A stretch of 60,447 bases of DNA, the filler included, from an uncultured Myxococcia bacterium (GTDB lineage Bacteria; CAZTWC01), in NCBI GenBank assembly GCA_964617105.1. It is 6 parts of 6 records of this genome, joined end to end, with 100 filler letters (N's around TTAATTAATTAA, not from the genome) between each part and the next. Parts side by side here need not be neighbours in the genome. Positions count along the whole stretch, not along the records: positions 10,159 to 20,190 come from CAZTWC010000121.1; positions 20,291 to 30,290 come from CAZTWC010000122.1; 4 more parts are not named here. One strand, written 5' to 3'. Every line of letters starts with the position of its first letter. Positions within the stretch are counted from its first letter, which is position 1. Of this stretch, positions 19,937 to 30,390 are shown piece by piece. A model generated the notes under the pieces. It was given only the letters and a program-made list of their open reading frames with translations, did not search any database and was not told where the DNA came from. Made by a program: the position numbers and the translations under genes.

Positions 19937-20190
19937 TATTGCGACTCCGGCTGTGGCTGCTCATAACCATTCTCTGACATCGGCCTGGGCAGGCTCTCAG
20001 AATCTTTAAAATCTCCTGATATCTGAGCATTGGCTCTAACTATATTTAAAATGGCCTCTCCAAACTGCCTTGCTTTGTTTTCTCCGATTCCTTCGATTTT
20101 CTGCAAGGCAGACAATGTCTGGGGTTTTTCCCTGGCAATAAGGGCCATTTGCTGGTTTTTGCAAATAACATACAGGGGCACACCATCCTG
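19936..20190 (-). CDS. HRDC-domain protein (DGR accessory), 5'-truncated by the contig edge
   Basis: GVPLYVICKNQQMALIAREKPQTLSALQKIEGIGENKARQFGEAIL; stop overlaps the avd start (TAATG). Confidence 0.85.
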   Translation of the reverse strand, partial: QDGVPLYVICKNQQMALIAREKPQTLSALQKIEGIGENKARQFGEAILNIVRANAQISGDFKDSESLPRPMSENGYEQPQPESQ

Positions 20191-20290
20191 NNNNNNNNNN
20201 NNNNNNNNNNNNNNNNNNNNNNNNNNNNNNNNNNTTAATTAATTAANNNNNNNNNNNNNNNNNNNNNNNNNNNNNNNNNNNNNNNNNNNN

Positions 20291-21097
20291 TAGTGCTGAT
20301 ATAAATGTGATTGCGCTGATCGGAGAGCGGGGCCGTGAGGTGCTGGAGTTCGTGGAAAGAGATCTGGGGCCCGAGGGGATGGCCAGATCGGTGGTGGTGG
20401 TGGCTACCAGCGACAGTTCTCCGGTGGTAAGGATGAGAGGGGCTTTTTTAGCCACCTGTATGGCCGAATATTTTCGACTGCAGGGTAAAGATGTGCTGCT
20501 GATGATGGACTCCCTTACCCGTTTTGCTATGGCCCAGCGAGAGATAGGTCTCTCAATAGGTGAACCGCCAACCACCAAGGGCTATACCCCTTCGGTGTTT
20601 GCCTTGCTGCCTAAATTTTTGGAACGATGCGGTACCCTCAATCTTCAAAACGGCACTGTTGCCAGTATTACCGGTCTATATACTGTACTGGTTGACGCCG
20701 ATGATATGAATGAGCCAATTGCCGATGCTGCCCGCTCAATCCTGGATGGTCATATTGTACTTTCCAGAGACTTAGCCCATCATAACCATTACCCGGCTNN
20801 NNNNNNNNNNNNNNNNNNNNNNNNNNNNNNNNNNNNNNNNNNNNNNNNNNNNNNATGACCGTGGTGGCCGGAGAGGATCAAAAAAAATTGGCCGGCCTGA
20901 CCAGGGAAACTATGGCGAGTTATAGTCAAGCAGAAGATTTGATCAATGTGGGTGCCTACGTAAAGGGCAGTAATCCAAAAATTGACTTTTCTATTGAAAA
21001 AATAGATGCTATAAATCAATTTTTACGCCAGGGTATCTTTGAAAATGTTGGGATGGAACAATCTTTACAAATATTGGAACACATTTTTGCTGAATAG
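20291..21097 (+). CDS. fliI: Flagellar export ATPase, partial, with an internal sequencing gap at 20799-20854
   Basis: [66 protein letters not shown]. Confidence 0.88.
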
Positions 21098-21173
21098 TTG
21101 CCACCCGAATTCTCGCAACGAAGTTAATTCTCGGAAGGCAACTGCTAATATTATTAAGTTATAAAAAAAGACC

Positions 21174-21797
21174 ATGAATAGAGAGACTAATAATCGCTTT
21201 TTAAGGGACAGACTAATTCCCGGATGGATACCGGCAGTTTTGTTTTGCTGCTTTTTATCAACCAGCTTTTTATCCTTATCCGCTTTCGCTCAGATCACTA
21301 CCCAGGAAAATGATGAGAGGGAACCAGAAAGTATCTCCGATGTGCTCCGTTCACCCTGGGATGCCAATCTGTTCAATGCTATCGCCAAGGAGCGGGACCG
21401 GTTGAAACTAAAAGAAAAGGAGTTGCAGGAGAAGGAACAGCGGCTCGACCAATTAAAGCAGGAGATAGAAGTCCAGGTGGCCCAGTTGGAAAAATATCGA
21501 AAAATGATTGAAGACGAGCGCAAAGAGATTGTCAAACTCTACAAAGACCAGGAGCCTAAACGGCAGAAAAAGATCAAAATCCTGGTAAAGATGTATCAAA
21601 ATATGAAAGCAGAGGAGGCGGCCAAAGTACTCCCCTCCATGGACGTGGAACTGGTGGTGGATATTTTGTCCCGTCTAAAAGCCAAAAACTCCGGTAAAAT
21701 CATGGAAAAACTGGAAGCCAAACTAGCCGCATCTTTAAGCGAAAAAATCGCCAAAGTAAAAGAGATAAAAAAGATCAAGCAGAAATCGCCCTATTAG
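21174..21797 (+). CDS. MotE/YlxF-like flagellar protein (coiled coil plus MgtE-N-like helical domain)
   Basis: Signal/TM segment, coiled coil, LVKMYQNMKAEEAAKVL...ILSRLKAKNSGKIM; downstream of fliI. Confidence 0.7.
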   Translation: MNRETNNRFLRDRLIPGWIPAVLFCCFLSTSFLSLSAFAQITTQENDEREPESISDVLRSPWDANLFNAIAKERDRLKLKEKELQEKEQRLDQLKQEIEVQVAQLEKYRKMIEDERKEIVKLYKDQEPKRQKKIKILVKMYQNMKAEEAAKVLPSMDVELVVDILSRLKAKNSGKIMEKLEAKLAASLSEKIAKVKEIKKIKQKSPY

Positions 21798-21818
21798 ATG
21801 TCCGTCCGGACACTGTTA

Positions 21819-24800
21819 TCACATTGCGAAACCACCTAGGTCAATACAATAACCACCGGCACATTCAAATCCGGGTTGGCATTCAGAACTAGAGGCACAG
21901 CCAGTATAACTGCCGGTTATACATTGACCACCACCTTGACCACCGCTATTTATGCAAATCTGGCCGGTGGAGCAATCGGCATTACTGGTGCAACCGGATG
22001 AGGTTCCAGTGACACAATCGCCATCCTGGCAGACCTGGCCAGTGGAGCAATCACTATCATCCATGCAAGAGCCCCCTTCATCTATACATTCGCCGCCCTG
22101 GCAGATTTGACCTTCACCGCAATCATCATCTGTATTACATTCTGGCGTCGGCCCCTCGCTCATCATACACTCTCCTTCTGAGCAAATTTGACCTTCACCG
22201 CAATCTGAATCACTGGTGCATCCGGCAGTTACCGTATCAAGGGCGCAAAGTCCTGTATTCTCATTACATATCTCACCTTCTTCGCAGTCAGCGTTACTAG
22301 CACAGGGTTCGATACAGACAGAATTGCCGCCAGCGGGCAGATGACAGATTGTGGTATCAGTACAAGTGTATTCCGGCATACCACCAGATATCAGGCACGA
22401 CTCCCCGGTTTGTTGGTGACCTTCAAGAATAGGTTGCCAACAAACACCCCAGTCATGAATAGGGTATCCTGAACAGGTCTGGTTATTTTTACAAGAATAG
22501 TTTGCGGTTCTGGAACAGATTTTAGCACATTTACCAGAGGCGCATATATAGCCATCCTTGCAGCGTTGATTGGCTGGCAGCAATGCTCCTCCCTGTTCAG
22601 TTGAACAGGTTGCATTCTGACCTAAAAGAGCATCGGTTGGAAATGCACAAAAGCCCTCATTTTGAGAACCGCCAAATAGACAGATTTTATTATTTAAACA
22701 ACCACTGTAAGGAAATGGGGCTTTGCCAGGATGGCATAACTCCCCACAAAGACCCCAGGTAGATACCGTTTCATTAGACAAATATGGATGGATGCAGGAA
22801 AACCCTTGGCCGCATTGATTGCCGGTTTGAGCCGGGTCACAGAGAGAGTGGCATTCACCCAAATAGCAGAAAGAGCCGGCAGCACATGCCTTGGCATCAT
22901 TGGTCGGATCCGGACAAGCCTGCCCTGGTAAGATAGCCAAAGAATCTTCGACTGAAGGAGCATAAACGCACATATTGGCACTACTCATCTTACCACTGGT
23001 GGGGTAACAGGTCCCGTTAGAGCCACAACTGCCTGGGTTCTTTAAATCACAAATTCTTGAGCATACTCCATATGACGAAGTTGGTTGCCCAGATGCATCC
23101 ACCGCCCAGTTGCAAGTGTTATACTCGGGATCACTACAGCCTCCGGTCTGTCCGGCCTGACAATATTTAGTGCAAATTCCATTAGAGCAAAACAAGCCCG
23201 GCTGGCAATCACCATCTTTGCCCAAATTATTTGCATCACAGGCCTGGCCAATCGATTTCAGTTCCGATAATGGTTTACTCAAATCGTTACAAAGAGAAAC
23301 ATTATTATAACTGGTGGGATAGCAGGTGGCGTGGCTGGCTCCCTTGTCAGCACAATCTTGATTAAAAAGATCACACTGCGCCTGGTTGATACAAATGCCG
23401 TAGTTGGGAGTTTGCAAATTATCGGGCCAGCAGGTCTGGTTAGTGGCACAGGAGTTTAGATTAGTTTTATTACAGGTTTTAAAGCATTGGTGCTCACCTG
23501 CTTTTGCATTAGGCAGACAAATTGATCCAGCCTGGCAATCGGAACTAACCACACTTTGAGCGCCCCACAAGTCTAAACTCTGGGCAACACCGCACTTTTC
23601 GCCTGGCAGTTTACTGCCCAAAGCATCCAGGCATTTTCCTCCAAAAGTGGTTGGCCAACAGGTTTGGTCAGCCTGGCAATTATCGCTGGCAATCTCCTCT
23701 GTATTGGGATCACAAACCATAATTTGTTCATTGCTGCTTTTTACCAGTCTAAAGCCACCCTTTACCGGGCCATAGCCATAATTATCCTGGGCGTCTGGGT
23801 TTACCGGGTGACGAAAAGCAAAGCGGCACTGATGGGACCCACCGATAACCGAACCCCCTCTCAAGATTCGTTCTGTTCCGGTGGTGGGACCAAGGGGATC
23901 GGTAAGTTGCAAATCATTATATGGTCCGTATAGATCCCATACCCACTCGGAAACATTGCCGATCATATCGTATAAGAGGAGATTATTGGCCTTTTTGCCG
24001 CCAACTTTTTGTAGTGAACTGTAGCCATCGCACCAGGCAACTTGGGAAATATTATTGTAGTCTAACTCTGCGGCTTCTCCCGCCCGGGCAGCATATTCCC
24101 ACTCCGCTTCGGTGGGAAGACGATAACCCTGGCAATCTAGACCTTTAAAAGTTACCTGAGCACATTTCATCCCCTCTCCCGGCTTACCAATACAGTCAGA
24201 TAAAGTGTAGCACTCCTCCAACCCATAATATTTAGACTTTATGTTGGCAAAGGCCAAAGCCTCGTAAAAAGTTACCTTAACCGGGCAATTTTTTTCGATA
24301 CACAATTCGCTTTCGTCTCCTTCAAGGTAGTAACCTGGACCATTTTCACCGTCATCATCTTCTTCTTCACATTCTACACACGGTGGCCCATCGACGTTAC
24401 CGTCCGAGTGGCCATCTCCTTCGCTACCCTGGTTACCTTCCTCACTGTAGTGCCCAAAAGCCCAACTCCAAAGTCTATTGGTTACTTCATATCTGGAGGT
24501 AAAAAAACTGCGGGTGATTAAAACTTGATGTTGCGGTTTTTCAATCTCTGGTTGAGAGACAGATTCGAAAGATGAACCCATATTGAACATTCCGGCAGGA
24601 ATTTTGGCATAAGTAGAGCCCCAGCCGGTTAAAGCCGGTGCATAACCAATATAGTGATTGGTTTTAATATCACCAACTTGCAGTTCGGTTCCCCAACAGT
24701 AGAGCCCTTTTTCCGGCATACTGATCCCGCAGGTAAAATTGCTGCCTGCCGAGATGGACTGCCAGGTTAATTCACCAATCTTCTGGGGTTGAGGCCGGTG

Positions 24801-27800
24801 TTCCTGGGTGTTATCACCTAACTGTCCGGCGCCATTTTCGCCCCAGCACCAGAGAGAGTTATCCTCCTGGATGCCGCAACTATGAAATTCACCCAAACTG
24901 ATAGCCAACCATTTTTTATCATCTAACAATAGGGTGGGTATATCTTTATCAACTTCAACACCAAAACCAATTTGCCCATAACCGCCACTGCCCCAGCAGA
25001 AAAGTTGGCCAGATTCTTTAATAGCGCAACTGTGATTATCTCCCACATCCAAATCTTTATAGGGGCCAGCCCCCACTTTTTTGGGAACTTTAGTCTCGAT
25101 TGTGGCTGCCAAGCCTAGCGCCCCAGCACTGCTGTAGCCCCAGCACCAGAGCGAGCCATCATTTTGGATGCCGCAGGTGTAATATGAGCCGGGAGCCACT
25201 TTTTTCCATTTGGCGGTGCCAACCTGGGCCGGCTTATCCCGAAGACGATAGTCATTCAGGCCCAATTGCCCCATATCGTTATTACCCCAGCACCAAAGAG
25301 TCTGATCCGCTTTAATGGCGCAAGTGATGCCACCGCCTGCCTCTACCGACAGCCAGCCGGTTTGTGCCAGAGGAGTAAAGATGCTCTGGTCACTCACCTG
25401 CCCAACTCCCAATTGTCCATAACTGTTGTTACCAGTACAATAGAGTGAACCATCATTGTTTAGGATACAGGAGTGGTAAAAGCCGGCGCCAATATTTATC
25501 GCCGGCTCTTTGGCAGTAGTGCTAAGCCAATAATACCTATCGGTGTTGCCCATCCCCAGTTGTCCATAGTCATTTCCGCCCATACACCACCATTTACCAT
25601 CCATTGAATTGAGGGCACAAACATGGTTATGTCCGGCAGAAACAGATTTCCAGGATGGACCGACACATTCTTGCCATTTTTTGTTTTCATAAAATTGCAA
25701 ATTTCGTGGTTCATCAGGACAGGCGCGAACCGAAGTTTTACAGTGTCCATCTTGTTGAATAAATGGGTAAAAAGAATTACTTTCCAGGCAAGAAACCAAT
25801 TGGCACTCAGACCATTGGTCATTACTCCAGGATTGCTTCCCAACACCATAGATAATGTGGCATTCCCTGCTATTACTTACACAATGGTTATTTTCGACAT
25901 GATAATCAGCAATACAGGTTTCTATTTCACATTCGCTCCAGGCATTAGCCTGGCTATCCCAAGTTTTTTGCCCGGTCCCAAACTCCATATCACAACTTTG
26001 CTCGTTGTCTTCACAGCGTTTGCTAACCTGCCCAATGTGTTGAGTTTCTGAGCAGAGTTGACATTTGCTCCAGGAAGAGGCTGCATCATCCCAGGTCTGA
26101 AAACCTTTATTCTTGTAGCAGATGCGGACAGATGGCTGGCAACGGCCAAATTCCAGATGAAATCCGCGGTTACAGAATTGAACTTTGCACTGGCCATAAT
26201 GCTCTTTTCCACTGTCCCATAAAGCGATTCCCTGGCCATTTTCAATAGAGCAAAAATTAGTATCGCTAACACAAGATTGTTGCACTCCACTCTGGTTGGC
26301 TTCCAGGTGAAATCCCTGGTTGCACCGTTCGGTAATACAGTCGGACCAGGTTGATGTTTGGCTGTCCCAAATTCGTTTGCCCACACCATTTGCCACCTGA
26401 CAAATGGTGTGATTGTTTACACAACTCATTTGAGATTGTGTGACCTCCACATGCTGATCATCATCACAGGTAATACAGGGATCCCAGTCATTTTCATTCC
26501 AGGTTTGATAGCCCTGGCCAGAATGGCAGAGTTTAAGGTCAGATTGGCATTGATCACTGGAAACATGAAAATATTGGTCACAACTCTCTATCTGGCAGGG
26601 ACCATAGGCTTCGTTCTTATCACTCCAAACTTTTTTGCCTTTACCATTAATGATTGGGCAAGATTGGATATTGCTAACACAACCTTTGTCCTCTTCGTGA
26701 TAACCAGGGTCACAAATATTTTCACAGTCATCACCGATTTTGTTGCCATTTTTATCTTCCTGATTAGCATTGGCTATGGTGGGACAATTATCCAAAGAGA
26801 AACGAATTCCGTCTCCATCTTCATCAATATCAGCAGGCACTCCAAAAAACACCGGACTTGGAGCAGATAGATTATTGACCTGGTCAAAGGCTCTGGCGGT
26901 CAGGCGGGTGAGTTTTCCAGGTTTAATCCAGGGGGCTTGCAAAAACAGTTCAAACACCTGAACACCGGAGGGATCTGTAGATAGAACGCCTGAAGACAAA
27001 AGAGTTTTTACTCTGTCCTCAAAAGGTGATTCACTGCCGCCCTGGAATAGAAATCCCGCAATATCAGAAGTGCCGCCACTAAAAAACAGGGCCACTTTGA
27101 GACCCCGTTCACCTGGCGTTACTCGGGTTTTTGGATCCCAAATCATCTTGGGTGCGGTTTGATCCAAGGTTATGGTCAAGAAAAAAGGTGCAGAAAAGCG
27201 GCCGGAACGATCTATCACCCGGACAAAAAATAGTTTGCTGCCGTCGGTCCCGGGGCTTGGAAGGTTATAGGCAAATTGGGAATCATCAATCCAGGGTTGA
27301 GAGGTTGAATCTACAAAAGACATATCCTTGGCTATTTGATAAGAGGCAATGCCGCTGCCAATCTTATCGTTGGCCTTGATCTCAATCATAACCTTTGGGC
27401 TGGTGGTGCTGGTGGTAGAGGGGGAGCCATCAGCCAGTTTGCCGTGAACTAAAGCCTGAACAATTACCGGATCTTTTAAATCAACAACAGTTTTTACCCC
27501 CACCGATTCTATCAGTTTATCTGTGCCATCAAAAAAATTTATGGTAAGCGTTTTTAGCCCTTCTGTATTGGAGAGGGTAACCTCTTTACGGGTTACGGCT
27601 GCTAATTGCAGCGGCGTATTGTCCAGCAAATCGCCCCGAATAGTTAGTTTTTGGGCGCCAGGAGGCAAATTGATAAGCAAGGTAACCTGGTTGGACTGCA
27701 CATAACGCCCCTCTTCGATCACCACTTTGGCAATAGGCACATAAGTTGGGTCAAATTCAATTTTAGCAGAGGTTACAGCATCGTTGCCGGCAAAATCAAT

Positions 27801-30290
27801 GGCTTTTAAAAACAACTGCTTTACCCCTTTTTTATCGGGTAAAGTAACAGTGTGCGACTGGGCCATCTTGATCTCTATTGGATCTTTAAAAGTGTTATCA
27901 CTATCAACTAAGAGTTTATCTATACCTATATTATCCTCTGCCGTGGCAAAAACCGAAACCTCTCGTTGATTGGTTTTGATAGCCCCCCCATTGATACGCA
28001 AACTCAGCGAAGAAGGTTTCTCCCGGTCCAGAACAATGCTGCACTCCGCACCTTTCTCTATTTGGTTGCCAGCCTTATCTTTAAAAGATACAAAGATACT
28101 CTTTTTTCCATCTTGAGGGCTAAGGCGAAAATCGGTCTCCGGTTTTGTAGGATCAAAACTTTGCCAGGGCAATGAATCCATTGGCAGAGTCTCGCCAATA
28201 CGCACCAGGCTCAAATCTGCATCACCAACAACTTTCACTTTTACCGCCGAATCTCTGGTATATTTTACCCCTTTGTTCACAACACAAGAGCCTTTCGAAA
28301 TTTTAGCATCCCACTCGATACTGGCGCTAAAAATATCGGTAATATTTCCCGAAACACTCTTTAATCTGGCATAAATAGTCTTTTTACCCTGAATTCCCTG
28401 GAGCATATATTTGAAATTGGTCTTAAAGGTTTGAAAGTTATAAGGAGGTTTTTGGAGGTCATCCTGGTTTTCAGAGATAGTCATTAGATGGGCGCCAAAA
28501 TTATCGCCCACAAAAATACTTAGATTGACAATACCGCGCTCATCCCGGCAAAAAATGTTGCTACCATCGATTAGCATGGTGGGTTTGGCATCTGGAGTGC
28601 CCAAAAAAAGTGACAAGTCAGATACTGCCGACATATTACCGGCCTGATCGCGATAGCGAACAAAGAGATTATAGACACCCTGTTTATCGGAAGATAATTT
28701 ATAGTCTACTTTTAAGGGATTTTGGCCGTATTTATTGCTTTGTAAATTATTCTTAAAGTTAAAATCTTCGGCAATATCGTAAAAATCTGCCCCAGAAGCC
28801 CGCAAAAGCAGATAGAGTTGGCTTTTGGCAACAATATTTTTAGCAAAGGGTTTACCCTGGCTATCTACCAATTCTACCGGCTTAATCACATCCGGCTGGG
28901 GAGAAGTTTGATCCAATTTCAGGTTTAGTTTTGCCCCATGTAAATTGCCGGCCCGATCATAAATGCAAACCGTAAGTTCTTTGTCCCCATCCACTTTTGG
29001 CAAGATATGGCGGGTTTTACCACTCTCTGGAAGAGCGTTTGATTTTAAAGAATCACATGACAGGTCCCCATCTCCCACCGCAAAAAAATCTGCCTTAAGC
29101 GCGCCAAGTTCAATCTCAATATCCCTGGTTCTCACCTCTATTTTGCCTCCAACCACTTTAGGAAATCCCGGTTTAAAGGTAGGCGGAGTAATATCGTATT
29201 CTATTTCCAGACTCGCTATCTCCGACATATTGCCAGCGAGATCAGATACTTTGACATAGATGTTTTTTTTATCTTCACTAATTTTTTTGCCAGATTTATC
29301 TTTGTTTAAATACCAGGTCTGATTGAGATCAAAATCGCGGCCAATGGCATTGGTAAACTTCTCATCTTCACTAATAAAAATCTGGTTTAGCATATTCAGG
29401 TTATCTTCAGCCTCTATCTCCAGGTTCACCCTCCCCTGTTTATCGTTTATAGCTTCCCGGTTATTCCTCTCGCCGAGGCTAGTAATTTGAGGTTTAATAG
29501 TGTCTAAAATAATCGAGGCCACAAATATTTTACTTTTTTGACAGGCAAAGCCTCTATAGAGGACATATACCAATTTTTTTCCGTCGCCCTCCGACTTTAT
29601 TTCATAATCAACATCAGCCTGATAGGGGATCCATTCATCATCATTGATTTGGTCTTCCTTTTCAAATTGCTGCTCCCGAATTACCACATCTTTTACCGGA
29701 TTACCAAACGAGTGGAGCAAAAGCACTACCTTCCGGGTAGAGGTAACCTCTATTCTTTTTAAGCTCTGGTCCTCATCCCGCCGGGCAAACTCCACCACAC
29801 CGGTAACTTTTTTCATTTTGAGATCGGTAAGGGTCACCGGAGCACCCTCCTGGATATCAACCTGTTGTTTGTTGCTCTTATTAGGAGCAAAAGAGTTTTT
29901 AACCAACTCCACCTCATATTTTCCGGTTGGCAAATTGGGCATGGAAAAGGAGCCATCGGGATTGTTGGTGGTGGAAAACTGTTTTTGACTTTCAGTTTTG
30001 CTCTCCGGTGTGCAGGAGGAGGAGTCAGATACCAGGGCTGCAGTTAAAGAATTGCTGGCAGCATTCACCGTTCTAATAAAAGTTATACGCACACCGCTAT
30101 TATCTATCTCAGGAAATCCATCTTCATCTTCCAGCAGGACAAAACCTTTTAAAGAACCGGTTTTATAGCGGAGACTTTTTTTACCAATATCGAGATCTTC
30201 ACCTATTCCCAGCGGCAATTTTTCTCTAATGGCAATAAAGTTTTTCCTCTCGATACTCAAAAGATAATCTCCAGGGGTTATACCGCTAAT
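21819..30290 (-). CDS. Giant (>=2823 aa) multidomain surface protein: Ig/cadherin-like repeats, TSP3-like motif, Cys-rich repeats, RCC1/BLIP-II repeats, FGE-sulfatase (CLec) domain, Cys-rich tail
   Basis: Frame open to the contig edge; repeated D.AGN...LD.T.P; DNCPTIAN..Q.D..G..IGD.C; LWCWG.N..GQLG repeats; RLPTEAEWEYAAR...LYDMIGNVSEWVWD; C..D.DC..GQ.C repeats. Confidence 0.9.
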   Translation of the reverse strand: MSGITPGDYLLSIERKNFIAIREKLPLGIGEDLDIGKKSLRYKTGSLKGFVLLEDEDGFPEIDNSGVRITFIRTVNAASNSLTAALVSDSSSCTPESKTESQKQFSTTNNPDGSFSMPNLPTGKYEVELVKNSFAPNKSNKQQVDIQEGAPVTLTDLKMKKVTGVVEFARRDEDQSLKRIEVTSTRKVVLLLHSFGNPVKDVVIREQQFEKEDQINDDEWIPYQADVDYEIKSEGDGKKLVYVLYRGFACQKSKIFVASIILDTIKPQITSLGERNNREAINDKQGRVNLEIEAEDNLNMLNQIFISEDEKFTNAIGRDFDLNQTWYLNKDKSGKKISEDKKNIYVKVSDLAGNMSEIASLEIEYDITPPTFKPGFPKVVGGKIEVRTRDIEIELGALKADFFAVGDGDLSCDSLKSNALPESGKTRHILPKVDGDKELTVCIYDRAGNLHGAKLNLKLDQTSPQPDVIKPVELVDSQGKPFAKNIVAKSQLYLLLRASGADFYDIAEDFNFKNNLQSNKYGQNPLKVDYKLSSDKQGVYNLFVRYRDQAGNMSAVSDLSLFLGTPDAKPTMLIDGSNIFCRDERGIVNLSIFVGDNFGAHLMTISENQDDLQKPPYNFQTFKTNFKYMLQGIQGKKTIYARLKSVSGNITDIFSASIEWDAKISKGSCVVNKGVKYTRDSAVKVKVVGDADLSLVRIGETLPMDSLPWQSFDPTKPETDFRLSPQDGKKSIFVSFKDKAGNQIEKGAECSIVLDREKPSSLSLRINGGAIKTNQREVSVFATAEDNIGIDKLLVDSDNTFKDPIEIKMAQSHTVTLPDKKGVKQLFLKAIDFAGNDAVTSAKIEFDPTYVPIAKVVIEEGRYVQSNQVTLLINLPPGAQKLTIRGDLLDNTPLQLAAVTRKEVTLSNTEGLKTLTINFFDGTDKLIESVGVKTVVDLKDPVIVQALVHGKLADGSPSTTSTTSPKVMIEIKANDKIGSGIASYQIAKDMSFVDSTSQPWIDDSQFAYNLPSPGTDGSKLFFVRVIDRSGRFSAPFFLTITLDQTAPKMIWDPKTRVTPGERGLKVALFFSGGTSDIAGFLFQGGSESPFEDRVKTLLSSGVLSTDPSGVQVFELFLQAPWIKPGKLTRLTARAFDQVNNLSAPSPVFFGVPADIDEDGDGIRFSLDNCPTIANANQEDKNGNKIGDDCENICDPGYHEEDKGCVSNIQSCPIINGKGKKVWSDKNEAYGPCQIESCDQYFHVSSDQCQSDLKLCHSGQGYQTWNENDWDPCITCDDDQHVEVTQSQMSCVNNHTICQVANGVGKRIWDSQTSTWSDCITERCNQGFHLEANQSGVQQSCVSDTNFCSIENGQGIALWDSGKEHYGQCKVQFCNRGFHLEFGRCQPSVRICYKNKGFQTWDDAASSWSKCQLCSETQHIGQVSKRCEDNEQSCDMEFGTGQKTWDSQANAWSECEIETCIADYHVENNHCVSNSRECHIIYGVGKQSWSNDQWSECQLVSCLESNSFYPFIQQDGHCKTSVRACPDEPRNLQFYENKKWQECVGPSWKSVSAGHNHVCALNSMDGKWWCMGGNDYGQLGMGNTDRYYWLSTTAKEPAINIGAGFYHSCILNNDGSLYCTGNNSYGQLGVGQVSDQSIFTPLAQTGWLSVEAGGGITCAIKADQTLWCWGNNDMGQLGLNDYRLRDKPAQVGTAKWKKVAPGSYYTCGIQNDGSLWCWGYSSAGALGLAATIETKVPKKVGAGPYKDLDVGDNHSCAIKESGQLFCWGSGGYGQIGFGVEVDKDIPTLLLDDKKWLAISLGEFHSCGIQEDNSLWCWGENGAGQLGDNTQEHRPQPQKIGELTWQSISAGSNFTCGISMPEKGLYCWGTELQVGDIKTNHYIGYAPALTGWGSTYAKIPAGMFNMGSSFESVSQPEIEKPQHQVLITRSFFTSRYEVTNRLWSWAFGHYSEEGNQGSEGDGHSDGNVDGPPCVECEEEDDDGENGPGYYLEGDESELCIEKNCPVKVTFYEALAFANIKSKYYGLEECYTLSDCIGKPGEGMKCAQVTFKGLDCQGYRLPTEAEWEYAARAGEAAELDYNNISQVAWCDGYSSLQKVGGKKANNLLLYDMIGNVSEWVWDLYGPYNDLQLTDPLGPTTGTERILRGGSVIGGSHQCRFAFRHPVNPDAQDNYGYGPVKGGFRLVKSSNEQIMVCDPNTEEIASDNCQADQTCWPTTFGGKCLDALGSKLPGEKCGVAQSLDLWGAQSVVSSDCQAGSICLPNAKAGEHQCFKTCNKTNLNSCATNQTCWPDNLQTPNYGICINQAQCDLFNQDCADKGASHATCYPTSYNNVSLCNDLSKPLSELKSIGQACDANNLGKDGDCQPGLFCSNGICTKYCQAGQTGGCSDPEYNTCNWAVDASGQPTSSYGVCSRICDLKNPGSCGSNGTCYPTSGKMSSANMCVYAPSVEDSLAILPGQACPDPTNDAKACAAGSFCYLGECHSLCDPAQTGNQCGQGFSCIHPYLSNETVSTWGLCGELCHPGKAPFPYSGCLNNKICLFGGSQNEGFCAFPTDALLGQNATCSTEQGGALLPANQRCKDGYICASGKCAKICSRTANYSCKNNQTCSGYPIHDWGVCWQPILEGHQQTGESCLISGGMPEYTCTDTTICHLPAGGNSVCIEPCASNADCEEGEICNENTGLCALDTVTAGCTSDSDCGEGQICSEGECMMSEGPTPECNTDDDCGEGQICQGGECIDEGGSCMDDSDCSTGQVCQDGDCVTGTSSGCTSNADCSTGQICINSGGQGGGQCITGSYTGCASSSECQPGFECAGGYCIDLGGFAM

Positions 30291-30390
30291 NNNNNNNNNN
30301 NNNNNNNNNNNNNNNNNNNNNNNNNNNNNNNNNNTTAATTAATTAANNNNNNNNNNNNNNNNNNNNNNNNNNNNNNNNNNNNNNNNNNNN

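Noticed and set aside
23740-23885. FGE-domain segment of the giant protein (GTERILRGGS...GFRLV) as the VR of the DGR
   Set aside because: Codon-by-codon comparison with the TR shows many mismatches at non-A positions (tcg/aca, cgc/aga, tgg/gtt, tcg/ttt) and a 6-codon insertion; it is also on a different contig
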